Made by a program: the position numbers and the translations under genes. From Vicugna vicugna (lineage: Eukaryota): a stretch of DNA of 64,000 nucleotides. This document shows, piece by piece, positions 48,155 to 60,745 of this stretch. Location of the stretch: assembly GCA_013265495.1 (NCBI GenBank), contig MU058065.1, positions 746,001-810,000 on the forward strand, read 5' to 3'. Each line of letters opens with the position of its first letter. The first letter of the stretch is position 1. The notes beneath the pieces were generated by a model. The model was not told where the DNA came from. It did no database searches and was given only the letters and a program-made list of their open reading frames with translations.

Positions 48155-48964
48155 AAGGGTAATGAGTAGAGAACTCCTAGTTCAGTTACTTCCTAGTGAG
48201 GAAAGTAGAAGGAACGGTAGATCAATTAATTATATTGACTTCCTTAATGATCTGTCATTCCGGGCACATCCAGGTTTCCTGAGGCTTTCTTGCAAGACGG
48301 TTTCTTGTCTCCAGACATCTTCCACTCCTGGGCATCTTCCACCCCCATGCCTCTTCCTTTAGTCTGTGTTCACATGTCCTCATACATGGATTAGGGCTGG
48401 CCTCCATGATAACAGTTTTTTCTCTCTCTCTCTCTGTATTACATGGTACAGATGTCCACTAAATTAAATTTATGTCAACATTCTATTCATCGTGTCACTT
48501 CTGAGTTTAAAATCTTCCAAAGATTCCTGATGCTTGGAAAGTCACCTTATTTTCATTTGTTTCTCATTCAACGGTTTTTTGATTAAATATTTTCTAAGTC
48601 AAATTGTAGGCACTTTGCAAGGAGAGAATTAAGGCAGAATCTTTTCCTGCTATCAAATATCTAATAAGTCTAGTGGAAAAGCCTGAAGTTTGGTGGCCTT
48701 GATTTTTTTCTCCATCCATCTGATCAATGTTACTCCAAAATTCCCACCTCAATCTTATTTGTGCTTATCTCCATGCTTCTCAAGATATTCTGCATTCTGT
48801 TTTTGGTGCTTTCGCTCACGTTATCCTGTTACCTTACATGATCTCACATCCTTCATTCACCTCTTATATCCGTCTCAATCTTATCTTTCAAAGTCCCTAC
48901 TCTTCAGAAGGCATTCCTGGAATATGGTATTACTCATGAGTATTTCTTTGTCACGGTGGTGATG

Positions 48965-49495
48965 GTGGCTGTTAATCACTATGGCTGCATAACTAATTAC
49001 ATGAAAATCTAATGACTAAATCCAGACAACAAACTTTTATTATGTCACAATTTCTGCAGATCAGAAATGCACACACAATGTGCAGCCAATGTATCAGTCG
49101 AGGCTGCATTCTTGTCTGAAGATTTGACTGGGGAGGATCTTCTAAGCTCATTTACATAATTATTGCAGAATTTACTTTCTCACGGAGCGTCTATTGGTCA
49201 GAGACTTCATCAGGTCCTTGCCACTGGGCCCTCCCCATAGAGCATCTTAAATCCTGGTAACTTGTTTCTTCTGAGCAAGCAAGTAGGAAGGCAAGAGAGT
49301 AATGGTGGGGAGAGAGTGAGCGCTAGCAAGACAGAAGTCATGGTCTTGTTTATTGCATCATATTCCGTCACTTTTCCTGTATTCTATTCATGTGAAGCAA
49401 GTGACTAGGTACAGACAATACTTGAAAGGAGGAGATTATACAAAGGCATGAATACCAGGATGTGAGATCACTGAGAGCCAACTATCTACCACAGT
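48965..49495 (-). mobile_element. MaLR (MLT1-like) LTR
   Basis: TGTTAATCACTATGGCTGCATAACTAATTAC...CACTTTTCCTGTATTCTATTCATGTGAAGCAAGTGACTAGGT...ACAAAGGCATGAATACCAGGA...CTACCACA. Confidence 0.7.
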
Positions 49496-49529
49496 GATGA
49501 TGATGATAATAACATAAGACCATCAGTAA

Positions 49530-49745
49530 CAATTACAATTATAGTTTACATTGATTGAGCACTAATTGTTTTCCAACACTGTGTCATAGGCTTTGTATCT
49601 ATTATTCATTTAGCCTTTGAGTAATTTTATAAGACAGATGCTATCATATTTCCCATTTCACTGATAGAAAATTGAAAAATGGAAGATTATGTGACTTGTC
49701 AAAGGTCTTACTTGTAAGATCATGTAAGAGCCTGTTTCTAATGAT
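49530..49745 (-). mobile_element. MIR SINE
   Basis: ACATTGATTGAGCACT...CCCATTTCACTGATAGAAAATTGA...GTGACTTGTCAAAGGTC. Confidence 0.7.
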
Positions 49746-49924
49746 TATGGCATATAAATGAGCACAAAACACAAATTATAAACCATCAATTCAGTAATTA
49801 ATTTTTACTCCACCATCATTTTTTTCCTTATTTCATGCAAGCTAGTTACGCTTTCTGAATGTAATGCAATCTTTTGGAAAGAAGCATATTATATATATTT
49901 ATTCTATATCTATTTCATACAGGC

Positions 49925-50181
49925 GCTGTCCTGTGTTAAGCAGGCCGCTTTGGTTGCCAGTAACAAAACTCCAATTCAAAAAGGCTTAAGTAAAACGGAA
50001 ATTTCATGACTCGTGTAACATACTCTCCTCCATACCCTGAATCACTCTTCTTTCTTGAGTGCTTGCTTCAATCTCAAACAGGGTATCTCTCCACACTGTG
50101 GCCCTTGGAAGTTCTAAGCTTTGTTTTCCCATTTCAGAAACTTTCGAGGAAACAGAGCTCAGTTCAAATAAGTGCTTGGAA

Positions 50182-50214
<33 letters not shown>

Positions 50215-50440
50215 CTGAATGAATCACTTTCATTTGGAAGGCAGACTACTCTCATTAATTAGGTATCCATAGGTCATGCTTATCTCTGAAGGCCAGTGAT
50301 GGAGATGAGTTGTGTTTTGCACTTACTCAAACTAAATGTTCTTAGAATGGGTATTTCCCCCTAAATATCAATAAGATGTCATTACTAAAATTTAGAGGGA
50401 ATATTTTTCTGGGTATGCAAAAAATAAATGTCTATTAAAG
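49925..50440 (-). mobile_element. Probable old MaLR (MLT1J/K-like) LTR relic containing a T29 run (50184-50212)
   Basis: CTTTGGTTGCCAGTAACAAAACTCCAATTCAAAAAGGCTTAAGTAAAA...CTCATTAATTAGG...AGGTCATGCTTATCTCTGAA. Confidence 0.5.
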
Positions 50441-51214
50441 AGTCCATCCAATCTTTGGCCCCCAAAATAACTCCTCAAATGGAAATAAAATTTGTCTTTC
50501 AAGTATATGTACACATTCTTAAATCCGTACGGAGTTCCTGAGAGCCTATATAGAGTTTCTGAGTGTTTTGAAGACTACTTAATTCTTTCTAAAGCTTACT
50601 ATTCTGTTGTCTAGAGTCAATGTTTCCTTCAATGGTCCATCAAGCATTAGATTGCAGCTGCCACATATCTTACCTGCTTTTTCCTGAATATTATCTCATG
50701 TATCTAATTCCCCAATGAAAACTACTGAGCATCAGGAATAGAATAGCCCATGGGAAATGAAACCAATGAGGACTACAGTAGAATTATCACCTCCCTGAGT
50801 CTAAGTACTTTACTTCTCTTCTTAGAGACTTAGGGCCATCAGATAAACAGATGTGACATGACATGAGTACTGCCACTAAGGCAGTAAGAATGCAGAGCAC
50901 CTGGGAATATTGGTTCCTTATTGGGGAACTGACACAACTGTGGATTTGTCAGAACAAGGATGTGACCACAAAAACTGACTATATTGTCAAATAAGAAGGA
51001 ATCTATATGTCATATTTCTAGCTGATGTTGGAAGTAGAGAAAATAGTGGAGTCATAATAATTTCAATCTTTTAATCTAGGCCATGATGTTTGGTCCTAAA
51101 GGACTTTTAAATTTAGACCAGAATCCTGAACATTGACAGAAGGAAAAAAAAAAAAAGAGTGCAGGAACCAGATTTGTGGACAGAAAGAATAGTTAACAAT
51201 AACTAAATAATCTG

Positions 51215-51945
51215 AAGATTTCCATCACTGACAGATGTTAAGTTCACCATCTTTTATCCGGACTACTACAACACCCTCTCTGATAGGCTTCTTGCTTTCA
51301 ATTTGTCCATTTCTCCTAGAGTCCATTCCCTACAGAACAAGCCAAGTTATCTTTTAAAATGTAAATAAGATCATGTGAATGTCATAAAAATGTTTAAAAT
51401 TCTCTAATGTTTACCTACTGTAGTTAGAAATGCTTACCTTGATCTATGAGACCCTCTAGAATCTGGCCCTCATCTGCTTCTCTAACCTCATCCTCTCTTT
51501 TGTCCATTATGGTCTCTGGCTTCTTTTCGTCCTTTGAACATGGCAAATCCATAACCAAACAAAAAAAAAAGGAAATTTTCCTTTGGCTATACTCTACCCT
51601 GAATGCTCTTCCTTTGTGTTTTTGTATGGCTGGCTTTTATCGTCACTGAAGTATCAACTAAAATGATGCTTCATTAGAGAGGGCTTTCTGGACCACCTCA
51701 TCTAAAGTACATCATCTCACTCACTACCCATTATTTTTTGTTTTATTACATAATTCCATTTAATCCTTCAGGAACTTTTTCAAGACTAGGGAAGAATTAT
51801 ATTTTTTATTGTCTCCCTGCCCTTGGTAGTAAGACTGTGAAGATACAGATGTTAACTGGTTTTTTTTAATGGCTGTATACTGGTTCCAGATCATTACCTG
51901 GACATGACCGAGGCTTAAAATATATTTGGTAATTGAATAAACAAC
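51215..51945 (+). mobile_element. L2 3' region
   Basis: TTCACCATCTTTTATCCGGACTACTACAACACCCTC...TATCTTTTAAAATGTAAATAAGATCATG...TTCATTAGAGAGGGCTTTCTGGACCACC...AAATATATTTGGTAATTGAATAAA. Confidence 0.75.
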
Positions 51946-51989
51946 AATAACACAGTAAATTCTAATCAAAAAGTATTTAGTCAGTGGAC

Positions 51990-52160
51990 AATTCTGCGGA
52001 GTTTAGTGAAGAGTGACCTTGAACTATTTTTCTTCGCTTCAGCTTCCGTATCTGTAAAACAGAGGCAATTTTTGTGTCTGCCTCATAGAGCTGTTATGAG
52101 AATTAAATAAACTTGATATATGTCTAACTCTTAAAACTGTGCATGCAATAAGGTATTATG
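51990..52160 (+). mobile_element. MIR SINE fragment
   Basis: GTGACCTTGAACTA...CTTCAGCTTCCGTATCTGTAAAACAGAGG...CCTCATAGAGCTGTTATGAGAATTAAAT. Confidence 0.7.
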
Positions 52161-52921
52161 TGACCTAAGGAAGATCTTACAACTTATAAAGAGGCTACAA
52201 TCATGCATGAAATTATACAGTACACAGATGTTTTGCTCCCATTTTTTGGGTGTCTTATCTAAATCATTATTTGTAAGTGAATTAACAGATAATAATCTGT
52301 GCTCCAAATTGATACATACTGGATTAGTAATTTACAGCCTCTATGTACTGTTTTGGGTCTGTGATATAATTCTGCAGCTGAAAGATTACACGAATAGACA
52401 TTAATGGCAAAGGTTAGGTCACATTTTTAACACTGAATCAAATTAACCAAGATGAGTAAGTCAAGCCTTATCTCTATTATAATTGGATGCTATTATTGTC
52501 ATTTAGGTCAAAATGTCTTAACAGTAGTTGTATTTCTTGGCATTAATGTTGATCTTTCATACTGAGTGTTTGCCTTCACTTGTATTAGAATGTGTTTATT
52601 GAATTCAGGATCTTGCACTTGTTCCATCATTTGGAATGTGAGACAAGATACATTTAAGAGCTGCACCTGCTATGAAAGCTTTAGTCACCCCTGACTGCTG
52701 ACTTAGTTTCAGTTTCACAGCTACATTTCTATTTGTGAATATGTAAATACTATAATTCAACGAGGCTTTTGACAAGGTTTGCATTTGACTTTTAATTTAC
52801 TACCCGGATTATTACATTTCCCTAATCTCAGTGTCCTAATCTGTAAAATAAAGGGGTATGACTTGATTTCTAGTTTCTCCTCATCTGAGAGTCTCTGGAT
52901 CTGTTAAGGGATGGGGGAAAT

Positions 52922-52987
52922 TATTAGCTACAAGCATAGTCAAGCATATTAGCTATAAGCATAATCAAATTATTAGCTACAAGTATA
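52922..52987 (+). repeat. Short tandem repeat, about 2.7 copies of a 24-25 bp unit
   Basis: TATTAGCTACAAGCATAGTCAAGCA / TATTAGCTATAAGCATAATCAAAT / TATTAGCTACAAGTATA. Confidence 0.85.
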
Positions 52988-53030
52988 AATTGGTGACAGT
53001 AATGTTATATAAAGAGTGCATTCAAATTTT

Positions 53031-56000
53031 TCTTTTTCTTTTTTTGATTTGGTACACATATGCTGAGAAATTTTTACCACTGTAGGGTTAGTTATCACCT
53101 CCATCATATCCCACACTAACCATTTCTTTTGTGGTGAAAATATTTCACTTTCTCTCTTTTAGCAACTTTCAGATATATAATATTGCTAACTACAGTCATC
53201 ATGCTGCACATTAGGTCCCCAGGACTCATTAATCAACTTTGTACCTTTGACCAGTATCTCTCCATTTCCCTCAACCCCCAGTGCCTGGAAATCACCATTC
53301 TAGTCTCTATTTTTATAAATTCTGCTTTTTTATATTCCACATGTAAGTGGTACTATACAATATTTGTTTTTTTCCATCTGACATTTCACTTAGCATGATG
53401 TGGTCAAGTTTCATACATGTTGTCACAAATGGCGAGATTTCCTTCTGTCTTATGGCTGAATAATATTTCATTTATATATATATATATATATGTATGTATA
53501 TATACATACACACACATTTTAACATTCTACATCATATATCATTTTTATGTATGTCATATATTCTTTATCTATTCACCCATAGATGAACACTTAGGTTGTT
53601 TCCGTATCTTGGCTATTGTGAATAATGCTGCAATGAACATGGGAGTGCAGGTCTCTCTCAGAGATCCTGATTTCATTTTCTTTGTATATATACCCAGAAG
53701 TAATATTTCTGGATCACACAATACTCCTATTTTTAATTTTTGGAGAAACCTCCACTGTTTTCTATAGTGGCTACACCAATTTATAGTTTCACTGACAATG
53801 CATAAGAGTTTCTTTTTCTCCATGTCTTCACCAACACTTATCATCTCTTGCCTTTTTGAAGATAGTCATTCTAACAGCTGCAAGGTGATACCGCATCATG
53901 ATTTTGATTTGCATTTCCCTAATGATAAGTGATGTTAAACACCAATTCATGCACTTGTTGGCCATTTGTATGTCTTTGAAATAAGATCTAAACAGATCCT
54001 CTGATTGTTTTTCAATCAAAAAAAATTTTGCTATTGATTTGTATGAGTTCCTTATACATTTTGAATATTAACCCCTTATCAGATGTATGGTCTGCAAATA
54101 TTGTCTCTCATTCTGTAAATTGCTTTTTTTATTTTGTTGTTTCTTTTTCTACACAGAATAGATTTAGTTTGATGTAGTTCTACTTATTGATTTTTCCTTT
54201 TGTTACTTGTGCCTTTGGTGTCATACACAAGACCAAGTTAAAGGAAATTTCTCCTTAAGTATTCTTTTAAGAGTTCTATAGTTGCAGGTCTTGTGTTTAA
54301 TCTTTAAACAATTTGAGTTATTTTTTTCAATGGTTTAAGATAGGGGTCCAATTTCATTTTTCTGCAATGATTATCCAGCATTTTCAACACCACCTGTTGA
54401 AGAGACTATCCTTTATCCACTGAGTATTCTTAACCCTCTTGTCAAATACTATTTAACTGTGTATATGAGGGTTTATTTCTAGGCTCCTAATTTATTCCAT
54501 TGGTCTATATGTCAGTATGTATGCCAGTGCCATACTATTTGATTATTATAACTTTGTAATATAAAGTGTGATCCCTCTAGATTTGTTTTTCTCTGTCAGG
54601 ATTCTTCTGGATATTCAGGGGTTTGTGGGTCCATTCACATTTTAGGCCTTTTCTCTTGTGAAAAAATGGAATTTTGATACAGATTGCACTGAATCTATAG
54701 AAGGCCTTGAGCAGCATGGGCATTTTAATAGGATTAAGTCTTATGATCCATGAACAGGGGATCTGTTTTTAACTGAGTTTTCTTCAATTCCTTTTAATGA
54801 AGTCTTATCACTTTCCGTATATAGGTCTTTTACCTCTTGGGTTAAATTTATTCCAGTGTATTTTGTTGGTTTTAATGCTACTGTAAATGGGATTTTCTTT
54901 ATTTCTTTTCCAGATATTTCATTGTTAGTGCAGAGTAATGCAACTATTTTCTGTATGTTGATTTTGTATTCTGCAGCTTCACTGAATTCATTGATTAGTT
55001 CTGCCAGTTGTTTTTTTCTTGGTGAAATCTTTTGAATTTTCTATAGTTAGCATCATATCATTTGCAGTTACAGACAATTTTGCTTCTTTTTTTTTGGTTT
55101 GCTTCCTTTTTTCTTGCTAAGAATTCTAGTACCATGTTGATCAGGAGTGGTGAGACTGGCTCTTTTGTCTTGTAACTAATCTTACAGGAAAAATTTTCAG
55201 CCTTTCATTGTTGAGTATCATGTTAGCTGTGGGCTTGTCATATTTAACCTTTATTCTGTTAAGTTATATTCCTTCTATACCCAATTTGTTGAGAGGTTTT
55301 TTTTTTAATCATGAATGGATGTTTTATTTTTTTCAAGTGATTTTAATGCATCTATTGAGATTATCACATAATTTTTATCTTTCTTTCTATTAATGTGTGT
55401 ATCATATTTATTGATTTGTATATATTGAAACATCTTTGCATCTTAGGAATAAATCTCACTTGATCTTGCTTCATGGTCTTTTTAATGTACTGCTGAACTC
55501 AGTTTGCTAATAACTGAGAAGTTTTGCATCTATTTTCTTAAGGGATATGAGCCTATAATTTTCTTTACTTGTAGTGTCCTTACCTAGCTTTGCTATCAGG
55601 GTAATACTAGCTTCATAAGATGAGTTTGGAAGTATTCCTGCCTCTTAAAGATTTGTGGAAGAGTTTAAGAAGTATTGGTATCAGATCTTCTTTAAAGATT
55701 TGGTAGAATTCACCGGTGAAACCAATCTGGTCCTGGGATTTTCTATGTCGGGATATCTTTGATTATTGATTCAATTTTCTCATTCATTATTGGCCTGCTC
55801 ATATTTTTATTTCTTTATGATTCAGTCTTGGTAGGTTGTATTTTTTAGCAATGTATCCATTTCTTCTAGATAATTCAATATATTTGAGTATAATCATTCA
55901 TAGTAATCTCCTGTGATCCTTTATATTTCTGTGGTATCTACTGTAATATCTTCTTTTTCATTTCTGATTTGGTTTATTTGAAATTTCTCTCTTTTTCTTC

Positions 56001-58648
56001 ATTTAGCTAGTGGTTTGTCAATTTTGTTTATCTTAAAAAAAAGTAGTTCTTAGATTTATCATTTTTTTCTATGTGTGGGTTTTTTGTTTTGGGGGGTTTT
56101 TTGGTCTCTATTTTATTTACTTCCGCTCTAATCTTTGTTACTTTGTTCTCTTTGCTAACTTAGGGCTTCAATTGTTCTTCCTTTCAAATTCCAGGAGATA
56201 TAAAGTTAGATCGTTTATCTGAGATCTTTCTTTTTTCTTACCAATGGACATTTCTCTCCACAAACTTTCCTCTTAGGACTTCTTTCTGTTGTATTCCATA
56301 AGTTCTGATATGTTGTGTTTCCATTTTCACTCGTTTCATAATTTTTAAAAAAAATTCTCTTTTAATTACTCTTTGACACATTGGATATTCAGAAGTGTGT
56401 TGTCTAACTTCCACATATTTGTGAATTTTCCAGTTTTCCTCTTGTTATTAATTTCTAGGTTTATACTGTTGTGGTCAGAAAAAATACTTGGTTTGACCTC
56501 AGTCTTTTTATATTTCCTAAGATTTGATTTGTGACTTGTCATATAATCTATCCTGGAGAATGTTCCATGTGTACTGGAGAAGAATGTGTATTCTTTTGTT
56601 GTTGGATGGAATGTTCTGTATGTGTCTGTTAGGTCCAGTTGGTCTAAAGTATAGTACAGGTTTAATGTTTCTTTATTGATTTATGGTCTGGATGATCTAT
56701 ATATAGTTGGAAGTAGTGTATTGAAGTCTTCTATTATTACTATATTGCTGTGTTGTCTATTTTTCCTTTCAGATCCATCAATATTTCCTTAATATATTTA
56801 GAAGTTCTGATGTTAGATTTATATTTATTTACTATTATACCTTATCGATAAATTTACCCCTTTATTATTATATAGTGACTTTTGGCTTTTGTTGGATATT
56901 TTGTATTAAAGTTTATTTTGTCTGATGATTGTATGGCTATCCTTGCTCTCTCTTGATTTACACTTGCATGAAATATCTTTTTCTCAGCATACAGTTGGAT
57001 CTTTTTTGTTGCTGTTCATTTGTTTGGTTTTATCCATTTAGCCACTCTGTGTCTTTCATTAGAAAATTAAAGCCATTTACATTTAGAGTAATTATTAATA
57101 AGTAAGTACTTATCATCTTATAAATTCTGGCTGTTTTATAGTTCCCTTGTCCTTTTTTCTTCTCTTGCTGCTTTCCTTTGCGAAATATTGATTTTTCTAT
57201 AAAGATATTCATTGATTCTTTCTCTTATTTTGTGTGTGTATCTACTGTAGATTTTTATTTTATGGTTACATGAGGCTTACATAAAGCTTCTTGTAAATAT
57301 AACAGTAACTGTTTGATTCTTTTGGTTCTTTTTCATTATATCTATCTCTTTTTTTACTTCTCATTTATTTCTGTATTGTTTTCCTGATTTCACTGAACTG
57401 TCATTCCATGTTTTCTTGTAGCTCATTGAGATTTCTTAAAACATCTATTTGGAATTCTTTATCAGGTATATCACAGATATAGCTCCATGTTTTGGGTAAT
57501 GATTGTGATCCCATAGTAGTATGATTTTTTTCTAGATTCTCATGTTCCTTCAAAATTTTTATTGCTGTCCTCACATTTCAAGTAGCCATCACCTCTCCCA
57601 GGCTTTCCTAACTGACTTTGGAATAGAAATAGCTTTCATCAGCCCTACTAGGGATTCTGAGATTTTCTCAGGCCATTGCTATTTATGCCTGCCCCATGTG
57701 CCTTGCTCCCTCTTGTTGTAGAATTCTTAAGCTAGTATACCTCCTCTTGATCCTGGCAACAAGCAGGGTGGGTACTGACAGCCTCCCTTCTGCTTTTCTA
57801 AGGGTGGAGTAGTGCTCAAATGTGGACTCTCCCTGGCTGCAGATTCAGGCTGCTTTTCTGTGCATGTTCACTAGCTGTCTGCGAAAGTTCACTCTCATCA
57901 CCACTGGACATCAGAGGGAGCCAGCCCACAGGGTGGGGGTGTGGGGTGTGGGTCAAGTGCACAGAGCATCAGGAGTGCCTGGGGGCCAGCTGACATAGCT
58001 TCATGCAAGACGTCTCAGGTGGCTCATGGATGGGCTTCTTGATTGAATCTGCACTGCAGTTAGTGGGATCCTTGCCCACTTAATGCCCTCTGAGAGTCCT
58101 ATCTGCCACTCCCTCAGCTTCTTCCTGTTCCTCAGTCATGCAGCACGTTACTCAGTATGCTGAATGGTATAAAAGATAGATGGGCCTCTTTGGAAGTATC
58201 TCACACAGCTGGGGAAGCAGGGCACTAATTCATACATTCTCACTTTCCCTCTCAGGAGAAATCTTGAACAGAGAGGGTCTCTTGGCACTGAACTGTGCTA
58301 CCCAGTGAGGGGGCAATAAGGTTAAAGCGAAGTCTTGCTTCTTACTCTCTCCCGTGTGTTCAAACTCATCTTTTTTTTCCCCCCCTCCAAAACCATGCTA
58401 GAACCTCTTCACTGAAAACCTGGACTTCCACAAAGTTTCTCTCATCTGTGGGTGACTGTTTAAGACAGTATCCTTCTAGCGCTCCCAGGCTATGATTGAG
58501 AAGGGTTGGAGCTGGTTCATAGTCCACTGCAGGGCTTACAGTCAGGACTGAGTTACCCACTGCATGGACAGGAGAGACTCTCTGGGTCCGCAAGCACATA
58601 GTGCTTGATTCCACAACTCCCACAAAGGCACCTTTGTCAATGGACACC
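53031..58648 (-). mobile_element. Long degenerate L1 (3' UTR, most of ORF2, GC-richer 5' region), with probable TSD
   Basis: Minus ORFs 53569-53844 ([21 protein letters not shown]), 53828-54019 (TSLIIREMQIK) and 57030-57212 (LIITLNVNGFN, ORF2 start) are L1 ORF2 motifs. A polyT tract lies at the left end, and TCAAATTTT occurs at 53022-53030 and 58649-58657. Confidence 0.85.
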
Positions 58649-59219
58649 TCAAATTTTCTAAGCATCACTCATAACTCAATTAATCTATCATTAAATGATA
58701 TTAATAAGTAAATCATGAAAAAATGGCTGGATCCATACATACTAAAAATAGCAATGTGATATTCTTTTCCAAATTAGCGAGATATATAAAATTCATACAA
58801 ATGATAGTATCAAAAATTGACATGATTATGAATTACTGATTGTGGTGCAGACACTAAATCTCTTTTGGAAAGAAATATCAAGGACTTCAGAATTCTTTCA
58901 ACTTCAGTTGACATAAGAAAAAAAGGTGGGTATTACTAATTACATCATGCTCCTCATTATCTCTGGGTTGGGATATTGCTCAGGCTGACTTCATGGGTCT
59001 CATCATTTTGATTTATATTGTAGTCTCTGTAGTGTCACACTCAGATCTATTGTGAGTGTATGTATATGTATATTTGTATGTGTGTGTGTGTTTGTGTATA
59101 AAATTTATTTGATGTAGGTCTCATGACCATTCTTGAAGCATCACTTTTGCCAGGGGTAATGATATGATACTTTGAATAGACCTGGGTCATGAGCCTACAT
59201 TTATATATGGGTGATGGAA

Positions 59220-59790
59220 CCATTCATTCGTTCTTTCTCCCTTTAGGAATTTATTTAACAAATATTCATTGTACAATGGCAATGTGTCAGGTACTGTCCT
59301 GGGTGCTGAAATATAGTAAAGGACAAATCAGTATTTCCTATGTAGTAACTTATTTGTCAGTGGGTAAAGAGAAATAAACAGAAATATAACATGCTGGGTG
59401 ATAAAAAGTGCGATGAAAAAAATTAAGGATGCTAATGAGATGTAGAGAGAGCTTTGTATATTTGTTTGTTTTAGAGAGACTACTACAGTATTTCCTGAAA
59501 AGGAGACAATTCAACAGACACATGAATTATGTGAGGAAGTACTCCAGGTGGTTATGGGAGGTGAATGTCCCAAAAAGAGGGAAAAATAAATGCAAAGACC
59601 CTGAGAAGGGAGTGTGCTTCACATGCCTGAGGAACTCTAAGAAGGAGCCAGTGTAGCTTGGAGTGGAGCGAGTGGCTTAGAAAAAGCATGAGGTCAGAGA
59701 GGCACTGGGGCAAGGTTTTGTAAGTCATGGCTATTTTAAGGGCTTTAAATTTCATTCTTGGTGAGACAGGCAGGAGCTGTTAAAGAATAA
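59220..59790 (-). mobile_element. L2 (L2a-like) 3' region
   Basis: CATTCATTC...ATTTAACAAATATT...ATGTGTCAGGTACTGTCCTGGGTGCTG...TGCAAAGACCCTGAG...GGAGCCAGTGTAGCTTGGAG...GAGGTCAGAGAGG. Confidence 0.8.
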
Positions 59791-60429
59791 GGTTTTAGAC
59801 TAAAAATCCAATAAAAGTGGTATTACAAATGAGAGCTTATGTACCAGAAGAGGAGAAATGTATGCCAGGAAGGAAAAAAAAAAAAACCATAAAGCTCACA
59901 ACTTTTGATCCACCAATATAAGTGAACTTCATCTTAACCATATGTGACATGAAAAAATGTGGTGATTGCTGTCTAATTTAAGAGCCACTAAAAATAACTG
60001 GCATGTCCCCAAAGGATTCCCTGCATTAGTTATGCAGGCTACACCTACTTTCACTATTTGTTGATATTTAACAGGTTCTCTGGACTCTTCTGATATTTGT
60101 CATAGTTCAGTTGTTCTGGAGTTTACAAGGCTACTGCCCAGAATTGCATAAGTTTGAAAAAGTCTCAAGATTAGACCGTTCTAAATGCTATTGTTTTCTG
60201 TTCAGAATTGTTCCCGATCTCCTTTTGGAAACATCTCCTCCGTTTCGTATCGCTTCCGTAGGGATTTCAATCAAGTCACCAGACCATAGTCTTCTACCTC
60301 GTTTACCTCTCCCACTACTAGCGGGTTTGCGTTGTTTAGTCTGGGCCACTCAGGGTATTGCAGCTTCTTTTATTTTTTAAAAGATGGGCATAAGCCCAAG
60401 GGAGACTTTCTCTCTTCAAATTTCTGTTG

Positions 60430-60745
60430 GAGCTAGAAAAGAATAACTTTTGGGTTTTAAGTTCATAGAGTATTGCCTTGGAATTATTATAATGCAGAAA
60501 TCTAGTCTATGTGGCAAGGCAGCAGATAATTAGGCCACACGTAAAGGCTGAAATGCTGAGGCATTAAGAGGGGGGAAAAGAAAGAACAGTAATGTAACAT
60601 CATCAATGCTCTAGATTTAACTGACCCTAAAGCTACTCTTCCCTTGAACTACTGTTTATTTGAGGCAATACTTTCCCTTTTATATGGTTTGCCTTCTCTG
60701 AGTTTAAATTTTTCCCTTTCAGTGAAAAAAGTCTTGACTAATACA
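60430..60745 (+). mobile_element. Probable MaLR (MLT1-like) LTR 3' portion
   Basis: CTCTAGATTTAACTGACCCTAAAGCT...CCCTTGAACT...AAAAAGTCTTGACTAATACA resembles an MLT1 end. Confidence 0.5.

Noticed and set aside
45325..48162. Series of near-identical 70-aa plus-strand ORFs
   Set aside because: A direct artefact of the 80-bp periodicity; each is closed by the TAG in the B/C monomers.
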